The notes under the pieces were generated by a model. That model was not told where the DNA came from, did not search any database, and was given only the letters and a program-made list of their open reading frames with translations. The position numbers and the translations under genes were made by a program. Below, one piece after another: positions 9,492-21,047 of a stretch of DNA of 32,000 nucleotides (positions are counted from its first letter, which is position 1; every line of letters starts with the position of its first letter). This DNA is from Pantoea alhagi. GTDB taxonomy: Bacteria > Pseudomonadota > Gammaproteobacteria > Enterobacterales > Enterobacteriaceae. Location: the NCBI RefSeq assembly GCF_002101395.1, contig NZ_CP019706.1, forward strand, positions 21,126 through 53,125. Reading direction: 5' to 3'.

Positions 9492-12400
9492 TTATACCTG
9501 CGTTTTTTCATCCTCCGACTGGTCCTGCTCCGCCCGAGATATCGTCGCGCCTGGCAGCGGATCGGCAGAGAAACCTCTCAGGCCAACCACATGCACATGT
9601 TCCGTATTGTTGAAAACCTTACGCACCAGTTTATAGGTGGTGCCTTTTTCCGGGCTGATGTTTTCCGGGGCGGCGATAATCAACTGCATCTCCAGACGTT
9701 CGCAAAGTTCAAACAGTGTCGCGATTGATTTGGCATCAAGGCGTGCGGCCTCATCAAGGAACAACAAGCGACACGGGCTGATATCTTTGCCGCGCAGACG
9801 ACGCGCCTCTTCTTCCCAGCTCTGGACGACCATAACCAGAATTGACATCCCGGTACCGATCGCTTCACCGGTTGACAGCGCGCCGCTTTCAGCACGCAGC
9901 CAGCCATCCGAACCACGGTTAACCTCAACTTCCATTTCCAGATAGTTGCGATAATCCAGTAGCTCTTCGCCGATGGTTTGCGCCGTGCGCTGTCCCATAT
10001 CGATCTGTGGATTGAGTCGCTGCCAGAGTTTGGCCAGCGCCTCGGAGAAGGTCAGCCGGTTGCTGTTAAACAGATCCTGATGCTGCTCATGCTGTTCAGA
10101 GAGGACATCCAGCAGCGTCGCATGGCTTTCGCGCACGTTAACATTCAGGCGCACGCTACGCACCTGACCAAAGCTCACGCTTTGCAGGCCCTGGTTAAGC
10201 TGGCGAATACGGTTCTGTTCACGCTGAATCGTCTTACGAATAATATTGGCTACGCTACGCGAACTGATCGCCAGCATCTGTTCACGCGCGGTCAACTCTT
10301 CAGTCAGACGGCTAAGCTCAATTTCCATCTGCTCGATCGCTTCAACCGGATCGTCGGTACGAATAATATCCTGGCGGATACGCTCGCGCAGATGCTGATA
10401 AACGGCAATAAAGAACTGAATTTTACGCTCAGGACGTTTTGGATCTTCAGAAAGACGCAGCACGTCTCGCAGATGTTCATTATCGGCAACCGCCAGACGC
10501 AGCGCGCCCAGCGCTTTATCCGACATTGAGCGCAGCTCATCGCCGCCCAGATAGGCCAGTTCACGGCGATGCAGACGTCGCTCAACGCCGTTATCTTTCA
10601 CCATGCGCATCACCGCGCACCAACCCGCTTTGGCGCTGACCACCTGCTCACGGCTGATATGGTAATCGCGCTCCAGACGACGCAGTTTTTTCTGCAGGCC
10701 GTCCATTTCCGCTTCACAGAACGTTAGCTGTTTTTCCAGCTGGTTGCGCCGCGAACGGTTATGGCTAAGGGCATTGTGCAGCTCATCACGACGGATTCTG
10801 GCGCGCTCTTCGGCGCTGGTATCTGCCTGGACGCCAATATCCTGCATCTCCTGCTGCAGCTCTTTCAGCATATCGCGCTTGGCATCCCAGGCGCTTTTTA
10901 ACGAGGCCAGAACCTGCGAATACTGCGTTAGCCTGGCCTGATGCTCGCGCAACTGCTCACGCGCTCGCGCACGTTCCGCTTCCGCCTGCTCCAGACGCTG
11001 ACGCAGTTTTTCATTCAGATCGCTGGTTCCGGTAAGCATACCGGCAGAGTCTGCATAGCCGAAATGGGCGCGGCGCTGTACTACCTCGGTAATAGCAAAC
11101 GCCTGCTGGCGCGCTTCACGCTGCGTCTGCTGCGCCTGCTGATAGTCTGCTTTTAACTGCTCATGCTGTTGGGGATCGCTCTGCAGCACCGACAGCAGCG
11201 GCTCCAGGCGAGCCAGATGATTGCCATGCTGTTGTACAAAGCGCGCCGCCTCCTGCGCTTCACTCATCAGTTCACGCAGTTCTTCACAGCGATCCGCCAG
11301 CGTCTCATCAAGCAGCAGATTTACACGCGGTAACAGGCGGTTCAGCTGTGCAACGCCCTCTTTGGCCTGTTCAAACTGCTGGCGCTGCTGCTGATTTTCG
11401 CTTTCGTGCGCATTGAGGGCGCGTTCGATTTCACTACGGCGCGCATTAAGCTGACGGATTTGCGCTTCAGGATCCTCTTCGAAAGCCACCGCCAGGTGAC
11501 TGCCGATAAAGCGGCTAAAGGATTGATGCAAACGCTGGGTTTTCTGCACGTCAAAAGAGAGTGTGGCGTAGGTTTCTGCCAGCTGTTCGCGTTCGGCATG
11601 CAGCAGTTCCAGCTGCTTTTCACGAGCGGCGCGACCAAACAGCGGCACTTTAGGAAAACGCGAATAACGCCACTGACGCTCTGCCACCTTGACCACGACG
11701 GCTTTTTCCAGCTCTTCCGTGCTGAAAACGCTGTCGTCAAAGGATTGCGGATCCCCTTCGATCAGGTAGAGATCTTCCGGGCACTCTTCCAGGCCATCCA
11801 GCTGCTCGCGTACCAGCGAGAGATCAGGCACCACGATGGCATGACGCGACGGGCCATACAACGCCGAGAAGTAAGGCGCATCTTCCAGGGTGACATCATC
11901 ATAGATTTCCGACAGCAATACGCCGCCGAAACGCTCGGCCAGGGCGTTCAGCCGCGGATCTTCAGAACCGCCGGGCTGGCTCAAGCGCTCAATCTGCTGC
12001 TCCGCTTCACGCTTACGCGCCGCCACCTCATCGCGCTCGACTGTGGTTTCACGCTCGCGCTCCAGCAGCTGCTGCATAAACTCGGTAACCTGCTGGCTGT
12101 TTTCCAGCGGCTGCCCGGTCTGTTCGCTAAGCTGAGTCAGGATCTCCTGCGCTGCCAGCCAGTGTGGCGCACGCGCCGTCAGCTGGCTGATGCGTTCACG
12201 CAGCTGTTCCAGCTCCTGGCGCATCATCATGCGCTGCTCGCCGGCATCGGCTACGCTCTGCGACAGCTGTTCAATACGCGCTTCCAGCTCATGCTGCAGC
12301 GCCTCCAGCTCATGCGCCTCATACTGCTGGCCCTGACGCTTGCAAAATTCGTTCAGCAAACGCTCCGCTTCATACTGCTCGCGCAAGCGCTGTTCCATTT

Positions 12401-13970
12401 CCGATAAGCGCATCCGCAACGATGGCAACTGCTCAGCCTGATGACGCTGGTTAGCCGCATCGCGCAGCAGTTCCCGTGCGGTTTGCCAGGCTTCACTACG
12501 ACTGACCGGCCCGGCAATTTTGCAAACCAGTTCAAAGGCCTGCTCGAACTGACTGTGCGCCGCTTCGGCCACGCTCATTTTCTGCTCAAGCATCAGCAGA
12601 TTTTCCGTGGCTTCCTGCTCACGCGCCTGGAAGGTTTCCTGCCAGCTTTCCGCATTATCGATGGTGAGTTCAGGCAGACGGCAAATTTCCTGCGCGCGTT
12701 GTAACGCCTGCAGCGCTTGCTGGTACTGAATCGCACGCGTTTGCTGGACATCCAGCGCCTGCTGGTAGTCTGCCAGCTGGCTTTTCAGCTCATCAACTTC
12801 CAGCTCGGCCGCTTCCCGACGCGCTTCTTTCTCTTCCTGCACTTCACGCGCTTCGGCCACTACCTCATTCTGCTCTTCCAGACGGTAGGTTAGCTCATCA
12901 ATATCGGCTTCGTAACGTTCGATTTTTTCCTGTTGGCGCACCGCCGTCTGCACCAGATTCAGGTGATCGCTGGCTGCCTGATAATCGGTTTCCAGGTCGC
13001 TTTCAGCAGCGCTGTGCTCCGCCAGCTCACGCGCCATTTCCACATGACGATACTGTTCAGCGGCCAGCTGTTTACGGCTGGCAAAAAGATCATTACGCAG
13101 CACCAGCGCGCCATCCAGATGGATGCGGCGTTCATTGGCGTGACGCATATAATCCGCCGCCACATAATTGGTGGCTTCAGAAATCAGGTGCTTAAACAGG
13201 TCGCGATCGGACTGAGTAACGCGAATCGCTTCCAGCGTCATGCGGTTTTCCCGCAGCGCCGCTTCCATATCCTGAAACGCTTTACGCACGCCGCTGTTTT
13301 CCGGCAGCAGATAATCGCGCAGCGAACGGGTGATGGCGCTGGAGATCCCGCCATACAGCGAAGCCTCAATCAGACGATAAAACTTGCTGCGATCGCTGGC
13401 GGAGCGCAGGCGACGCGCCACAATGCCCAGTTCAAACATCAGGCTGTGGTAATCGGTAATGGAGTTGTACTGTTTAAACTGCACCCCTTCCATTGCCTCA
13501 ACGCGATCTTTCAGCTCGTTCAGCGGCAGGACGCGCGCCTGACGTGTGCCAACCGTTTCTGTAAGCATCTCAGTGGGATGCATAGCGGTGGGCAGACCGT
13601 GAATACTAAATGGACGGATATCCACTTTTTTATCACGTCCGGCAACCTGCTGCAGACGCACCCCGACCACCACGCGCTGGTGACGTGAATTGACTACGTC
13701 CAGTACGGAGTAGCAGACGCCCGGACGCAGCTTACCGTGCAGACCTTTGTCACGCGATCCGCTGGTAGAGCCCGCCTCGGTGGTATTACGGAAATGAAGC
13801 AGCGTCAGATCGGGGATCATCGCCGTAATAAAAGCCGCCATGGTGGTGGATTTACCGGCGCCGTTTCCGCCTGAAAGCGTGGTGACCAGGTTATCAAGCT
13901 CAAAAGTACGCGCAAAAAAACCGTTCCAGTTAATCAGCGTGAGCGAGCGAAACTTTCCGCGTTCAATCAT
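9492..13970 (-). CDS. mukB: Chromosome partition/condensin protein MukB (SMC-like ATPase)
   Basis: The 1492-aa product has an N-terminus ([23 protein letters not shown]) and a Walker A motif (GGNGAGKST). Long coiled-coil arms are present, and the C-terminal head carries [11 protein letters not shown]. It is colinear with E. coli MukB (1486 aa). Confidence 0.98.
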   Translation of the reverse strand: MIERGKFRSLTLINWNGFFARTFELDNLVTTLSGGNGAGKSTTMAAFITAMIPDLTLLHFRNTTEAGSTSGSRDKGLHGKLRPGVCYSVLDVVNSRHQRVVVGVRLQQVAGRDKKVDIRPFSIHGLPTAMHPTEMLTETVGTRQARVLPLNELKDRVEAMEGVQFKQYNSITDYHSLMFELGIVARRLRSASDRSKFYRLIEASLYGGISSAITRSLRDYLLPENSGVRKAFQDMEAALRENRMTLEAIRVTQSDRDLFKHLISEATNYVAADYMRHANERRIHLDGALVLRNDLFASRKQLAAEQYRHVEMARELAEHSAAESDLETDYQAASDHLNLVQTAVRQQEKIERYEADIDELTYRLEEQNEVVAEAREVQEEKEARREAAELEVDELKSQLADYQQALDVQQTRAIQYQQALQALQRAQEICRLPELTIDNAESWQETFQAREQEATENLLMLEQKMSVAEAAHSQFEQAFELVCKIAGPVSRSEAWQTARELLRDAANQRHQAEQLPSLRMRLSEMEQRLREQYEAERLLNEFCKRQGQQYEAHELEALQHELEARIEQLSQSVADAGEQRMMMRQELEQLRERISQLTARAPHWLAAQEILTQLSEQTGQPLENSQQVTEFMQQLLERERETTVERDEVAARKREAEQQIERLSQPGGSEDPRLNALAERFGGVLLSEIYDDVTLEDAPYFSALYGPSRHAIVVPDLSLVREQLDGLEECPEDLYLIEGDPQSFDDSVFSTEELEKAVVVKVAERQWRYSRFPKVPLFGRAAREKQLELLHAEREQLAETYATLSFDVQKTQRLHQSFSRFIGSHLAVAFEEDPEAQIRQLNARRSEIERALNAHESENQQQRQQFEQAKEGVAQLNRLLPRVNLLLDETLADRCEELRELMSEAQEAARFVQQHGNHLARLEPLLSVLQSDPQQHEQLKADYQQAQQTQREARQQAFAITEVVQRRAHFGYADSAGMLTGTSDLNEKLRQRLEQAEAERARAREQLREHQARLTQYSQVLASLKSAWDAKRDMLKELQQEMQDIGVQADTSAEERARIRRDELHNALSHNRSRRNQLEKQLTFCEAEMDGLQKKLRRLERDYHISREQVVSAKAGWCAVMRMVKDNGVERRLHRRELAYLGGDELRSMSDKALGALRLAVADNEHLRDVLRLSEDPKRPERKIQFFIAVYQHLRERIRQDIIRTDDPVEAIEQMEIELSRLTEELTAREQMLAISSRSVANIIRKTIQREQNRIRQLNQGLQSVSFGQVRSVRLNVNVRESHATLLDVLSEQHEQHQDLFNSNRLTFSEALAKLWQRLNPQIDMGQRTAQTIGEELLDYRNYLEMEVEVNRGSDGWLRAESGALSTGEAIGTGMSILVMVVQSWEEEARRLRGKDISPCRLLFLDEAARLDAKSIATLFELCERLEMQLIIAAPENISPEKGTTYKLVRKVFNNTEHVHVVGLRGFSADPLPGATISRAEQDQSEDEKTQV

Positions 13971-14683
13971 TCCTCTTCATCCTCCGCCATGTCTGCCTGG
14001 CGCTGCTGGCTATCCGCTTCTTCTTCGCTGTTTTCCGTGGTTTCCAGCGTCATGGCTTCGCCGGTGCGAATCATACGCAGCTGTGCTTCGCGCGGGTCGT
14101 CGCCGCTGCGAACATCGGCGCCAAAGCGAAAAACAGATTCCATAATGCGAAATTTACTGCTGTCGTTGCCCATGAACCACACCATGCCAAGACGGCGCAG
14201 GCGATTAAGCGACGCGCGCATTTTTTCTTGCAGCTTCTGACGATCGAGATCCGACCCGGTGGAACGCTGATTCACAACCTTTAGCAGCTTCCCTTCATCC
14301 GCCAGGCTCACCAGTTCGTCATAGAGTTCCTGCTGGGTAAAAATCCCCTCGTTCGCCAGGCGTTCCGGGCTGAGATAGAGATAACAGAGAATTTTTCCCA
14401 CCAGCATATCCAGTTCAGAAAGTACTGAACGTGGGATCAGCGTGGTAGATCGCGGACGTAAATAGAAAAAACCTTCCGGCGCGCGCACCAGCTCAACGTT
14501 ATAGCGCGCATAAAACTCTTCAAGGTATTCCTGGTAATCCATTAAAAAGGCATGGTTGTCCAGCTCTTCAATGCCGATATGTCGTCCCGCACGCAGCTGG
14601 CTGTCCAGCGCGGGAAAAAGCGGATTGGCCAGTGCCTGAGCCATTTTAACTGGCATCACTTGTTCAATATTTGTCGATGACAT
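13967..14683 (-). CDS. mukE: MukE, condensin accessory subunit
   Basis: From the ATG at 14683 the product [28 protein letters not shown]... matches the E. coli MukE N-terminus. An AAGGTG SD lies 9 nt upstream. An in-frame ATG at 14710 would add 9 residues that have no homolog counterpart. The stop overlaps the mukB ATG (ATGA). Confidence 0.93.
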   Translation of the reverse strand: MSSTNIEQVMPVKMAQALANPLFPALDSQLRAGRHIGIEELDNHAFLMDYQEYLEEFYARYNVELVRAPEGFFYLRPRSTTLIPRSVLSELDMLVGKILCYLYLSPERLANEGIFTQQELYDELVSLADEGKLLKVVNQRSTGSDLDRQKLQEKMRASLNRLRRLGMVWFMGNDSSKFRIMESVFRFGADVRSGDDPREAQLRMIRTGEAMTLETTENSEEEADSQQRQADMAEDEEE

Positions 14684-15986
14684 GTGCCTGCACCTTGGCT
14701 CCGTAATCATTAATGGGCTGCCATTGCGCCGGCAACCCGGAAAAATCAGCTTCCGCCACGCCTAAACGCACCGCCTGGTCGACGACAATGCGCGCCACGT
14801 CAAAATGACGGGCCCGTGGGTACTGCGCCAGATAATCCCGCATGACCTCACCGAGGTTAAGCGGTCTGTTTTCCGTTTTGTAAATCTGCAGCGCTTCTTC
14901 AATCATCGCTGCAAGCTGCTCACGGATTTCATTAAATTCTTCATACTCCAGTTCCGAAGGCAGCTCGCCGGTGACCTCTTCGTCACGCAATGTCAGCTCT
15001 TCGTCACGCATATCAAACAGGCGATCGGCATTGGCATAGGTCAGCGCCCAAGGCTGATCAAAATAGTTCTGCACCGACTGACGCAAGCGCTGCGCAAAGA
15101 CGCGGTTTTTATCCATATCGATAGCGGTACGGATAAACTTATGGACGTGACGGTCATAGCCGATCCACAGGTCAATCGCCTGCTGGCCCCAGCTAATAAT
15201 ACGATCGAGTTTATTCTGCAGATCGAACACCAGCTTATCGACAAAACCAAGATCCGGGCTGCTGAGTGTGGCATCCTGAATGCGCAGCAGATTGGCCTGC
15301 AGTTTATCGCCCGCGGCTTCCAGCGTATCCTGCAGTTCGCGCAGCGTACCAGACGTTTCCGAGAGCAGCAGTTCACAACTGGAGATGGCGGCGCGCCAGT
15401 CCTGATTTAGCAGCGCAGCGATATCGTTTTTAACCGACTGCTGTTGCTCATCCATCAGGCGCTGGGTTAAATCGATGCTGTCGAAAATCTCCGCCACCGA
15501 GTATTTCAGCGGCGCGAAAACGTTGCGGTGCCAGTGAAACTCGTCGCCATCCTCTTCCGCTGCATCCGCCGCCCGCTTCAGCTCCTGGGCAACAATCGAA
15601 AGCTGCATAGAGAGACGCAGAGTAGAAAATTCACGCTGGCGGATATAATAATCGGTAATACCGATCGCCAGCGGCGTCAGACGATAGATAGCGTTGCCAT
15701 CCGCCAGTTCGCTGGTAAAGCGATTAAGCAGGCGCTGGCGCACCATATCGTTTATCGCATTATTGGCGCGTACCACCACGGTTTCATGGCTTTGCTCAAA
15801 GGCGTTACTGACGTGACGAAACGCATCGATCAATTCGCCCTCGCTCATTTCCCCATCCATGCGTTCGCTGTTTAGCGTGGCGATAGCCAGCAGAAACGCC
15901 AGACGTTCGGTGGGTAACGAAACGGAAAAATCGTTTTTCCGCGCCCAGGAGACCAGCTCCGGGACAGTCTGGGAAAAATCACTCAT
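14664..15986 (-). CDS. mukF: MukF, condensin kleisin subunit
   Basis: From the ATG at 15986 the product is 440 aa, the same length as E. coli MukF. It reads [21 protein letters not shown]...[11 protein letters not shown]. The ORF-track extension to 16064 overlaps the smtA coding sequence. Confidence 0.95.
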   Translation of the reverse strand: MSDFSQTVPELVSWARKNDFSVSLPTERLAFLLAIATLNSERMDGEMSEGELIDAFRHVSNAFEQSHETVVVRANNAINDMVRQRLLNRFTSELADGNAIYRLTPLAIGITDYYIRQREFSTLRLSMQLSIVAQELKRAADAAEEDGDEFHWHRNVFAPLKYSVAEIFDSIDLTQRLMDEQQQSVKNDIAALLNQDWRAAISSCELLLSETSGTLRELQDTLEAAGDKLQANLLRIQDATLSSPDLGFVDKLVFDLQNKLDRIISWGQQAIDLWIGYDRHVHKFIRTAIDMDKNRVFAQRLRQSVQNYFDQPWALTYANADRLFDMRDEELTLRDEEVTGELPSELEYEEFNEIREQLAAMIEEALQIYKTENRPLNLGEVMRDYLAQYPRARHFDVARIVVDQAVRLGVAEADFSGLPAQWQPINDYGAKVQAHVIDKY

Positions 15987-16768
15987 AGTAGGTCCTTCGG
16001 GCCGGGTTTGCGCGCCGTGACATGAATATACCGCCCCAGGCTGATAAAGGGTTCCTGGCGGCAATATTGGGTTTCTATTGCCAACAGCCGATCAAATTCA
16101 TCTATTCGTCGTTGTTTATCGTGCATGTAATCGTGAAATACCCGAATGCCGGCGCGGCGTTCAATAATGAAGCCGCAGGATTGCAGCCACTGATAGACCT
16201 GTTGGGGATCGCGCGGATAATCAGGCGAAAGCGTTTTCTTTTTGCCTTTCTTCATGCCTACTTCCAGCCAGCCGAAATTGCCGTGCGCCGCCGTACTTAA
16301 TATCTGCCCGTGCAGGTTGTAAAACATCAACGATAATATGCCGCCCGGCGCCAGCGCTTCATACAGCGTAGCCAGAATCGCTTCAGGCTCGGCGACCCAT
16401 TCCAACACAGCGTGAAACAATACCAGATCCGCTGGCTTATCCAAGCATTGCGCCACCTGCTGGGCGCTAATTTGTTTGAATTGCATGTTATCCAGCACAT
16501 CCTGCTGCGCCGCATGTTCGCGGGCACGCTGCAGCATTTCACCGGATATGTCGCACAGCAATACCTGATGGCCGCGCGCGGCCAGTCCGCAGGCAATTTG
16601 TCCCTGACCGCCGCCAACGTCCAGAATGTTCAGCGATCGCGCCGGTAGCGTCTCCAGCAACGCATCCAACTCCTGCCACAGGATAGCCTGACGAATACGC
16701 CCTTTGGTGGTACCGTAAATGTTTTGCGCAAATTTAAGGGCAATATCGTCAAAGTTACGATCCTGCAT
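15983..16768 (-). CDS. cmoM: SAM-dependent tRNA (cmo5U34) methyltransferase CmoM (SmtA)
   Basis: The 261-aa product has the same length as E. coli SmtA ([20 protein letters not shown]...[11 protein letters not shown]). The SAM-binding motif LDVGGGQG is present. The gene is the first in the mukFEB operon, as in E. coli. Confidence 0.93.
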   Translation of the reverse strand: MQDRNFDDIALKFAQNIYGTTKGRIRQAILWQELDALLETLPARSLNILDVGGGQGQIACGLAARGHQVLLCDISGEMLQRAREHAAQQDVLDNMQFKQISAQQVAQCLDKPADLVLFHAVLEWVAEPEAILATLYEALAPGGILSLMFYNLHGQILSTAAHGNFGWLEVGMKKGKKKTLSPDYPRDPQQVYQWLQSCGFIIERRAGIRVFHDYMHDKQRRIDEFDRLLAIETQYCRQEPFISLGRYIHVTARKPGPKDLL

Positions 16769-16891
16769 GCCTCAGCTCCGGTGATTGCTGTTTCAGGGCG
16801 CCTATTTTGTCATACCCCGCCGCAGAATGAACCTTTGATGCAGAGTCTGGCTATCAGATGATGTTTTTTCGGACAAAAGGAATCGGTATTC

Positions 16892-17704
16892 ATGCTTTTT
16901 ACCCTAAAAAAAATAGTTGGTGGCCTGTTGCTGCCTTTGCCTTTGCTGCTTTTGTTAATGGCGGTCGGGCTTTTGCTGCTTTGGTTCTCACGCTGGCAAA
17001 AAAGCGGGAAAATTCTTGTTTCCGCCGCATGGATTATGCTTTTTTCTCTGAGCCTGCAGCCGATAGCGGATAGTTTGCTGCGTCCGCTGGAGCAGCGTTA
17101 TCCCACCTATAATCAAACCGAGCCCGTGGAGTTTATTGTGGTGCTTGGCGGTGGCTATACCTGGAATCCAGCCTGGGCACCGAGCTCCAATCTGATTGGC
17201 AACAGCCTGCCCCGCGTAACTGAGGGCGTAAGGCAATGGCGAATGCACCCTGGCGCTAAGATGATTTTTACCGGCGCGCCCGCGTTATCCAATCCCGTCA
17301 GCAATGCTGAAGTCGCCGCCCGGGTTGCGCGCTCTTTGGGAGTGCCGTCGACGGACATTATTCAACTCGACCAGCCACGGGATACGGACGATGAGGCGCT
17401 GGCGGTGAAACAGATCGTGGGACAGCGCCCCTTTCTGTTAGTGACCTCTGCCAATCATATGCCGCGCGCCATGACATTTTTCCATCATCAGGGCCTGATG
17501 CCAGTTGCCGTGCCGGCGAATCAGATGGCGATCGATTCGCCGCTTAACTGGTGGGAGAAAGCGTTGCCTGCGCCGCTGTGGCTAAGCCATAGCGAACGTG
17601 CGGTCTATGAAAGGCTGGGCGCGCTGTGGCAAAGTCTGAATGGAAAAACCGCCGCTGATGGCACAACGTCGCAGGCTGCGCCTTTAGCGAATAAGCGGGA
17701 GTAG
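16892..17704 (+). CDS. elyC: Envelope biogenesis factor ElyC (YcbC, DUF218)
   Basis: MLFTLKKIVGGLLLPLPLLLL...WFSR.QK.GK...VVLGGGYTWNPAWAPSSNL...LLVTSANHMPRAM matches E. coli ElyC. It is divergent from smtA as in E. coli. Confidence 0.9.
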   Translation: MLFTLKKIVGGLLLPLPLLLLLMAVGLLLLWFSRWQKSGKILVSAAWIMLFSLSLQPIADSLLRPLEQRYPTYNQTEPVEFIVVLGGGYTWNPAWAPSSNLIGNSLPRVTEGVRQWRMHPGAKMIFTGAPALSNPVSNAEVAARVARSLGVPSTDIIQLDQPRDTDDEALAVKQIVGQRPFLLVTSANHMPRAMTFFHHQGLMPVAVPANQMAIDSPLNWWEKALPAPLWLSHSERAVYERLGALWQSLNGKTAADGTTSQAAPLANKRE

Positions 17705-17713
17705 AGATCGGAA

Positions 17714-17738
17714 ACGCCTGCCTCAGCGTGGCAGGCGT
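17714..17738. terminator. GC-rich hairpin between the convergent genes elyC and kdsB
   Basis: ACGCCTGCC (17714-17722) pairs with GGCAGGCGT (17730-17738). Only the - strand has a short following T-run (TTTCC), so this is at best a weak terminator for kdsB and a stabiliser for elyC. Confidence 0.35.
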
Positions 17739-17796
17739 GGAAAGGCAAATCCAAGGGAGAAACCTGAAGGAGACTCCCTTCGCTGGCAACATCTGT

Positions 17797-18543
17797 TTAG
17801 CGTAACGCTTCGCGAACGCGAGCCAGATCTTCAGCCGTGTCAACGCCTGCGGCTGGTGTTGTCGCTGCGACATCGACATGGATCTTTTCGCCATACCAGA
17901 GTACGCGCAGCTGCTCCAGCAGCTCGATCTGTTCCAGCTCGCTGGGCTCCCAGCTTACGTAGCGACGAATAAAACCGGCCCGGTAGGCATAAATACCGAT
18001 ATGACGCAGCAGGCTGCCGCCAATAGTGTCACGCGACTGTGCAAAGCGCTCACGATCCCAGGGAATGGTAGCGCGAGAGAAATAAAGCGCATATCCCCGC
18101 GCATCGCGTACTACTTTCACCGCATTGGGATTAAATGCTTCCTCAGCATCGGTAATCGGCACCGCCAGCGTCGCCATGCCCGCCTCGGACGCAGCCAGAT
18201 TATCAGCAACCTGACGGATAATTTCAGGCGGAATTAATGGCTCATCGCCCTGCACGTTAACAATGATGGTGTCATCGGCAAACTGATACTGTTCGATCAC
18301 TTCAGCCAGCCGCTCGGTACCGGATTGATGATCGGGCCGCGTCAGGCAAACTTCGCCGCCTGCCGCGGTAACTGCCGCCGCCACGTCGGGATGATCGGTG
18401 GCAACAATAACGCGATCGGCGCCCGACCGCAGCGCTCGCTCCATCACATGCACCACCATCGGTTTACCGTGAATATCAACCAGCGGTTTACCGGGTAAAC
18501 GTGTTGATGCAAAACGAGCCGGAATGATGGCGACAAAACTCAT
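17797..18543 (-). CDS. kdsB: 3-deoxy-manno-octulosonate cytidylyltransferase (CMP-Kdo synthetase)
   Basis: The 248-aa product has the same length as E. coli KdsB. It reads [29 protein letters not shown]...[11 protein letters not shown]...[12 protein letters not shown]. Confidence 0.96.
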   Translation of the reverse strand: MSFVAIIPARFASTRLPGKPLVDIHGKPMVVHVMERALRSGADRVIVATDHPDVAAAVTAAGGEVCLTRPDHQSGTERLAEVIEQYQFADDTIIVNVQGDEPLIPPEIIRQVADNLAASEAGMATLAVPITDAEEAFNPNAVKVVRDARGYALYFSRATIPWDRERFAQSRDTIGGSLLRHIGIYAYRAGFIRRYVSWEPSELEQIELLEQLRVLWYGEKIHVDVAATTPAAGVDTAEDLARVREALR

Positions 18544-18722
18544 GGATGTATCTCATCTGCAGAGAGCGTACGGGCTTCGTTTTCCAGCAGCACCGGAATG
18601 CCGTCGCGCACCGGATATGCCAGGCCATCTGGTTTGCAGATGAGTTCCTGCTGCTCTTTGTTGTAGTAGAGCTTGCCGTTACAGACCGGACAAGCAACGA
18701 TTTCAAGTAAACGGTGATCCAT
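18540..18722 (-). CDS. ycaR: Trm112-like small zinc-ribbon protein YcaR (UPF0434)
   Basis: From the ATG at 18722 the product is 60 aa ([30 protein letters not shown]...[11 protein letters not shown]) and matches E. coli YcaR in length. A strong SD (GGAGGAAACATG) precedes the ATG. The ORF-track start at 18794 is a GTG codon with no homolog support. The stop overlaps the kdsB ATG (ATGA). Confidence 0.9.
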   Translation of the reverse strand: MDHRLLEIVACPVCNGKLYYNKEQQELICKPDGLAYPVRDGIPVLLENEARTLSADEIHP

Positions 18723-18832
18723 GTTTCCTCCGTAATGGACCGAAGCCTCAGGATGGCAAGCATAACACAGCCGCTGAACGGGCGATAATGTCACGCTTGC
18801 GTCGTTAGCGGCCAGTGGGTGCCTATGCGCTG

Positions 18833-20011
18833 TTACAGGTTATCGGGCCCTTTTTCAATTCTGACCTGCTCAGCACCCTGCCAGCGGGCAAAGCGCTCAA
18901 TAGCTTTACGTATGTCATTCACCAGGCCTGCGCCAATCCTGGTTTTATCTTCCAGCCATAAGTTCTTGATCTGTAAGCAGCGCTCGCGGCGTAACATTTT
19001 CGCATCCAGCCGGGCCTTGAGTGCGCCACGATGCAGTAACGGCAAGGTAAAATAACCATAAAGGCGCTTTGCTTCAGGCGTATAGCACTCCAGACGATAA
19101 TTAAAATCGAATAGCGCCAGTGCGCGGCGTCGATCCCAGACAACGGGATCAAAAGGAGAAAGAATAGCCGTATGGGTGGCTTTCAGCGGCTTTTCTAGTA
19201 ATGCCGCACTCTCATGATGCAGCCACATCTCGCCCATATCTTCTACTGTTACCGCGACGACAAAGCCCTCTTCCTGCCAGCGTGGCATCAGCTCTTTTAA
19301 CGCAACGCGTTTCAGGCGGTAATAGTCCGGTAACCACTCGGCGCGAAACAGCCCCAGGCTCCGGGCGCTGTTGCGTAACATCTGTTCCCGGGCATCTTTT
19401 TCGCTAAGCATATGCAATGCATCATCCCATTCCGGTAGCACCCGTTGCCGCAGATCATAAATACGCTGAAAATTTTGTCGGCCGGTAACCATCAGCTCCC
19501 CGGCGGTAAACAGATTTTCCAGATGTCGCTTATGCGGCTTCCACGCCCACCAGCCTGGCTGATGTCCGGGCACCGTGGCAAAATCAGCAGAACGTACCGG
19601 GCCGTGGGTAGCGATATGTTGAAGCAGGCTCGCCACCTCATCAGCATGCTCTCTCATCCATTCGGCGCTGTATTTCCAGCCCATTTTTTCCGGTTGCAGC
19701 ATTCGGTGGCGCAATAAGGGGTAATCTTCAGCAGGAATAAAACAGGCTTCATGCGCCCAGTATTCAAACAGACTACCCGAAGCCAGTGCCTGCTCCAGCC
19801 AGATTGCAGGATACTCGCCCAGGCGGCTGAACAGGACCAGATAAGGGCTACGCGCGACAACATGAATGGTATCGATTTGCAGCAGCGACATGCGCCGAAT
19901 TACTGCCAGCAGATCGTTATAAGTGGCCTGACGTTCAGGCGGATGCAGCAACCCTTGCGCAGCAAGATGCAGGTTACGGGCAGTCTGGCGGGAAAGAGAA
20001 ACGGGTGCCAT
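18833..20011 (-). CDS. ycaQ: YcaQ, winged-helix DNA glycosylase (AlkZ-like, unhooks interstrand cross-links)
   Basis: [12 protein letters not shown]...[26 protein letters not shown]...EYWAHEACF...[17 protein letters not shown]...[22 protein letters not shown] matches remembered E. coli YcaQ. An AAAGGAA SD precedes the ATG. The product is about 18 aa shorter than the K-12 protein at the C-terminus. Confidence 0.88.
   Translation of the reverse strand: MAPVSLSRQTARNLHLAAQGLLHPPERQATYNDLLAVIRRMSLLQIDTIHVVARSPYLVLFSRLGEYPAIWLEQALASGSLFEYWAHEACFIPAEDYPLLRHRMLQPEKMGWKYSAEWMREHADEVASLLQHIATHGPVRSADFATVPGHQPGWWAWKPHKRHLENLFTAGELMVTGRQNFQRIYDLRQRVLPEWDDALHMLSEKDAREQMLRNSARSLGLFRAEWLPDYYRLKRVALKELMPRWQEEGFVVAVTVEDMGEMWLHHESAALLEKPLKATHTAILSPFDPVVWDRRRALALFDFNYRLECYTPEAKRLYGYFTLPLLHRGALKARLDAKMLRRERCLQIKNLWLEDKTRIGAGLVNDIRKAIERFARWQGAEQVRIEKGPDNL
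19547..19554 (-). other. Chi site, GCTGGTGG on the - strand
   Basis: Exact CCACCAGC read on the + strand, inside ycaQ. Confidence 0.6.
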
Positions 20012-20072
20012 CAGCTTTTCCTTTCATTCGGATAGCACCAGTTTAGTGGCTCTGCTCAACGCTGTTAAACCG

Positions 20073-21047
20073 CTAACGGCACAGCGCGACAATTTTTTGC
20101 AGTAACGGCTCTGCCGTCGTAGAGAAATGCGCTCTAACCGGCAAATACCACCAGTTTTCATGGGCGAAAGACCGGCACTTTACCGCATCCTTTTCCGTCA
20201 TGATCAAGGGTTCATTGTTCGGAGTTAGCGCTGTCAGGCTCGCTTCGCTGTAGGCCTGATGATCGGCAAAGGGGATGGCCTGGATAACCTCAACCCCATG
20301 CTGACGCAGCGTAGAGAAAAAGCGCGGCGGATGTCCGATACCCGCCATCGCCACTACCGGCGATAAGGCTGCTGCCTGACGGCTGGCCCCGGTCTTCAGG
20401 TTTATCGCTTCGCCCGGCTGAAGCGTCATTGACAGCTCGCCTTGCCTGGCCTCTCCGCCGTTAACAATCACGGCATCCACCTGTTGCAACCGGCTGGCGC
20501 GCTCACGCATCGGGCCGGCAGGTAACCACCAGCCGTTGCCGAAGCGCCTTTCGCCATCGACCACAACAATTTCCATATCGCGTGCCAGAGCATAATGCTG
20601 TAAACCGTCATCAGTCACGATCAGATCCAGCGGACCAGCGGCGAGCAAGGCTTTAACCGCATCACTACGTACCGGCGCAACGGCAACCGGGGCACCGGTA
20701 CGCTGAGCGATCAGCACAGGCTCATCGCCCGCTTCCAGCGTCGAGGTTGCAGCGTTCAGCAGTAGCGGATAATGCCCGGCCTTGCCGCCATAGCCGCGAG
20801 AGACTACGCCGACGCGTAGCCCCCGCTGCTGCAGTTGCTCCACCAGCCAGACAACCACTGGTGTTTTACCGTTACCGCCTGCGGTGAGATTCCCCACCAC
20901 TACCACCGGAACCGGCGCACGCCAGGCGTGACGCAGGCCAAGGCGATAGCTCAGCCGGATAAGGCTGGCGATCAGCCCGTACAGCAGGCTGAACGGCAGC
21001 AGCAGCAGATAGAGCGCCGAGCGACCACTCCAGATACGCTCAATCAT
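20073..21047 (-). CDS. lpxK: Tetraacyldisaccharide 4'-kinase (lipid A biosynthesis)
   Basis: MIERIWSG... and the P-loop [24 protein letters not shown] are present, followed by [10 protein letters not shown]...TDDGLQHY...[14 protein letters not shown]. These match E. coli LpxK. Confidence 0.95.
   Translation of the reverse strand: MIERIWSGRSALYLLLLPFSLLYGLIASLIRLSYRLGLRHAWRAPVPVVVVGNLTAGGNGKTPVVVWLVEQLQQRGLRVGVVSRGYGGKAGHYPLLLNAATSTLEAGDEPVLIAQRTGAPVAVAPVRSDAVKALLAAGPLDLIVTDDGLQHYALARDMEIVVVDGERRFGNGWWLPAGPMRERASRLQQVDAVIVNGGEARQGELSMTLQPGEAINLKTGASRQAAALSPVVAMAGIGHPPRFFSTLRQHGVEVIQAIPFADHQAYSEASLTALTPNNEPLIMTEKDAVKCRSFAHENWWYLPVRAHFSTTAEPLLQKIVALCR
20526..20533 (-). other. Chi site, GCTGGTGG on the - strand
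   Basis: Exact CCACCAGC read on the + strand, inside lpxK. Confidence 0.6.
20840..20847 (-). other. Chi site, GCTGGTGG on the - strand
   Basis: Exact CCACCAGC read on the + strand, inside lpxK. Confidence 0.6.

Noticed and set aside
9978-13688. Several long + strand ORFs inside mukB (9978-10529, 11406-12407 at 333 aa, 12441-12704, 12933-13688 at 251 aa).
   Set aside because: All are antisense to the MukB coiled-coil coding region. Its E/Q/R/L/A-rich codons give stop-poor reverse frames, and the translations are repetitive L/R/Q/F strings. There is no independent SD or promoter evidence.
15987-16064. A 5' extension of mukF to 466 aa. The same problem applies to mukE (14684-14710), ycaR (18723-18794, GTG start) and pncB (455-469).
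   Set aside because: The extended residues have no counterpart in the E. coli orthologs. The trimmed starts reproduce the ortholog lengths exactly or almost exactly, and most are preceded by an SD or by the ATGA coupling overlaps.
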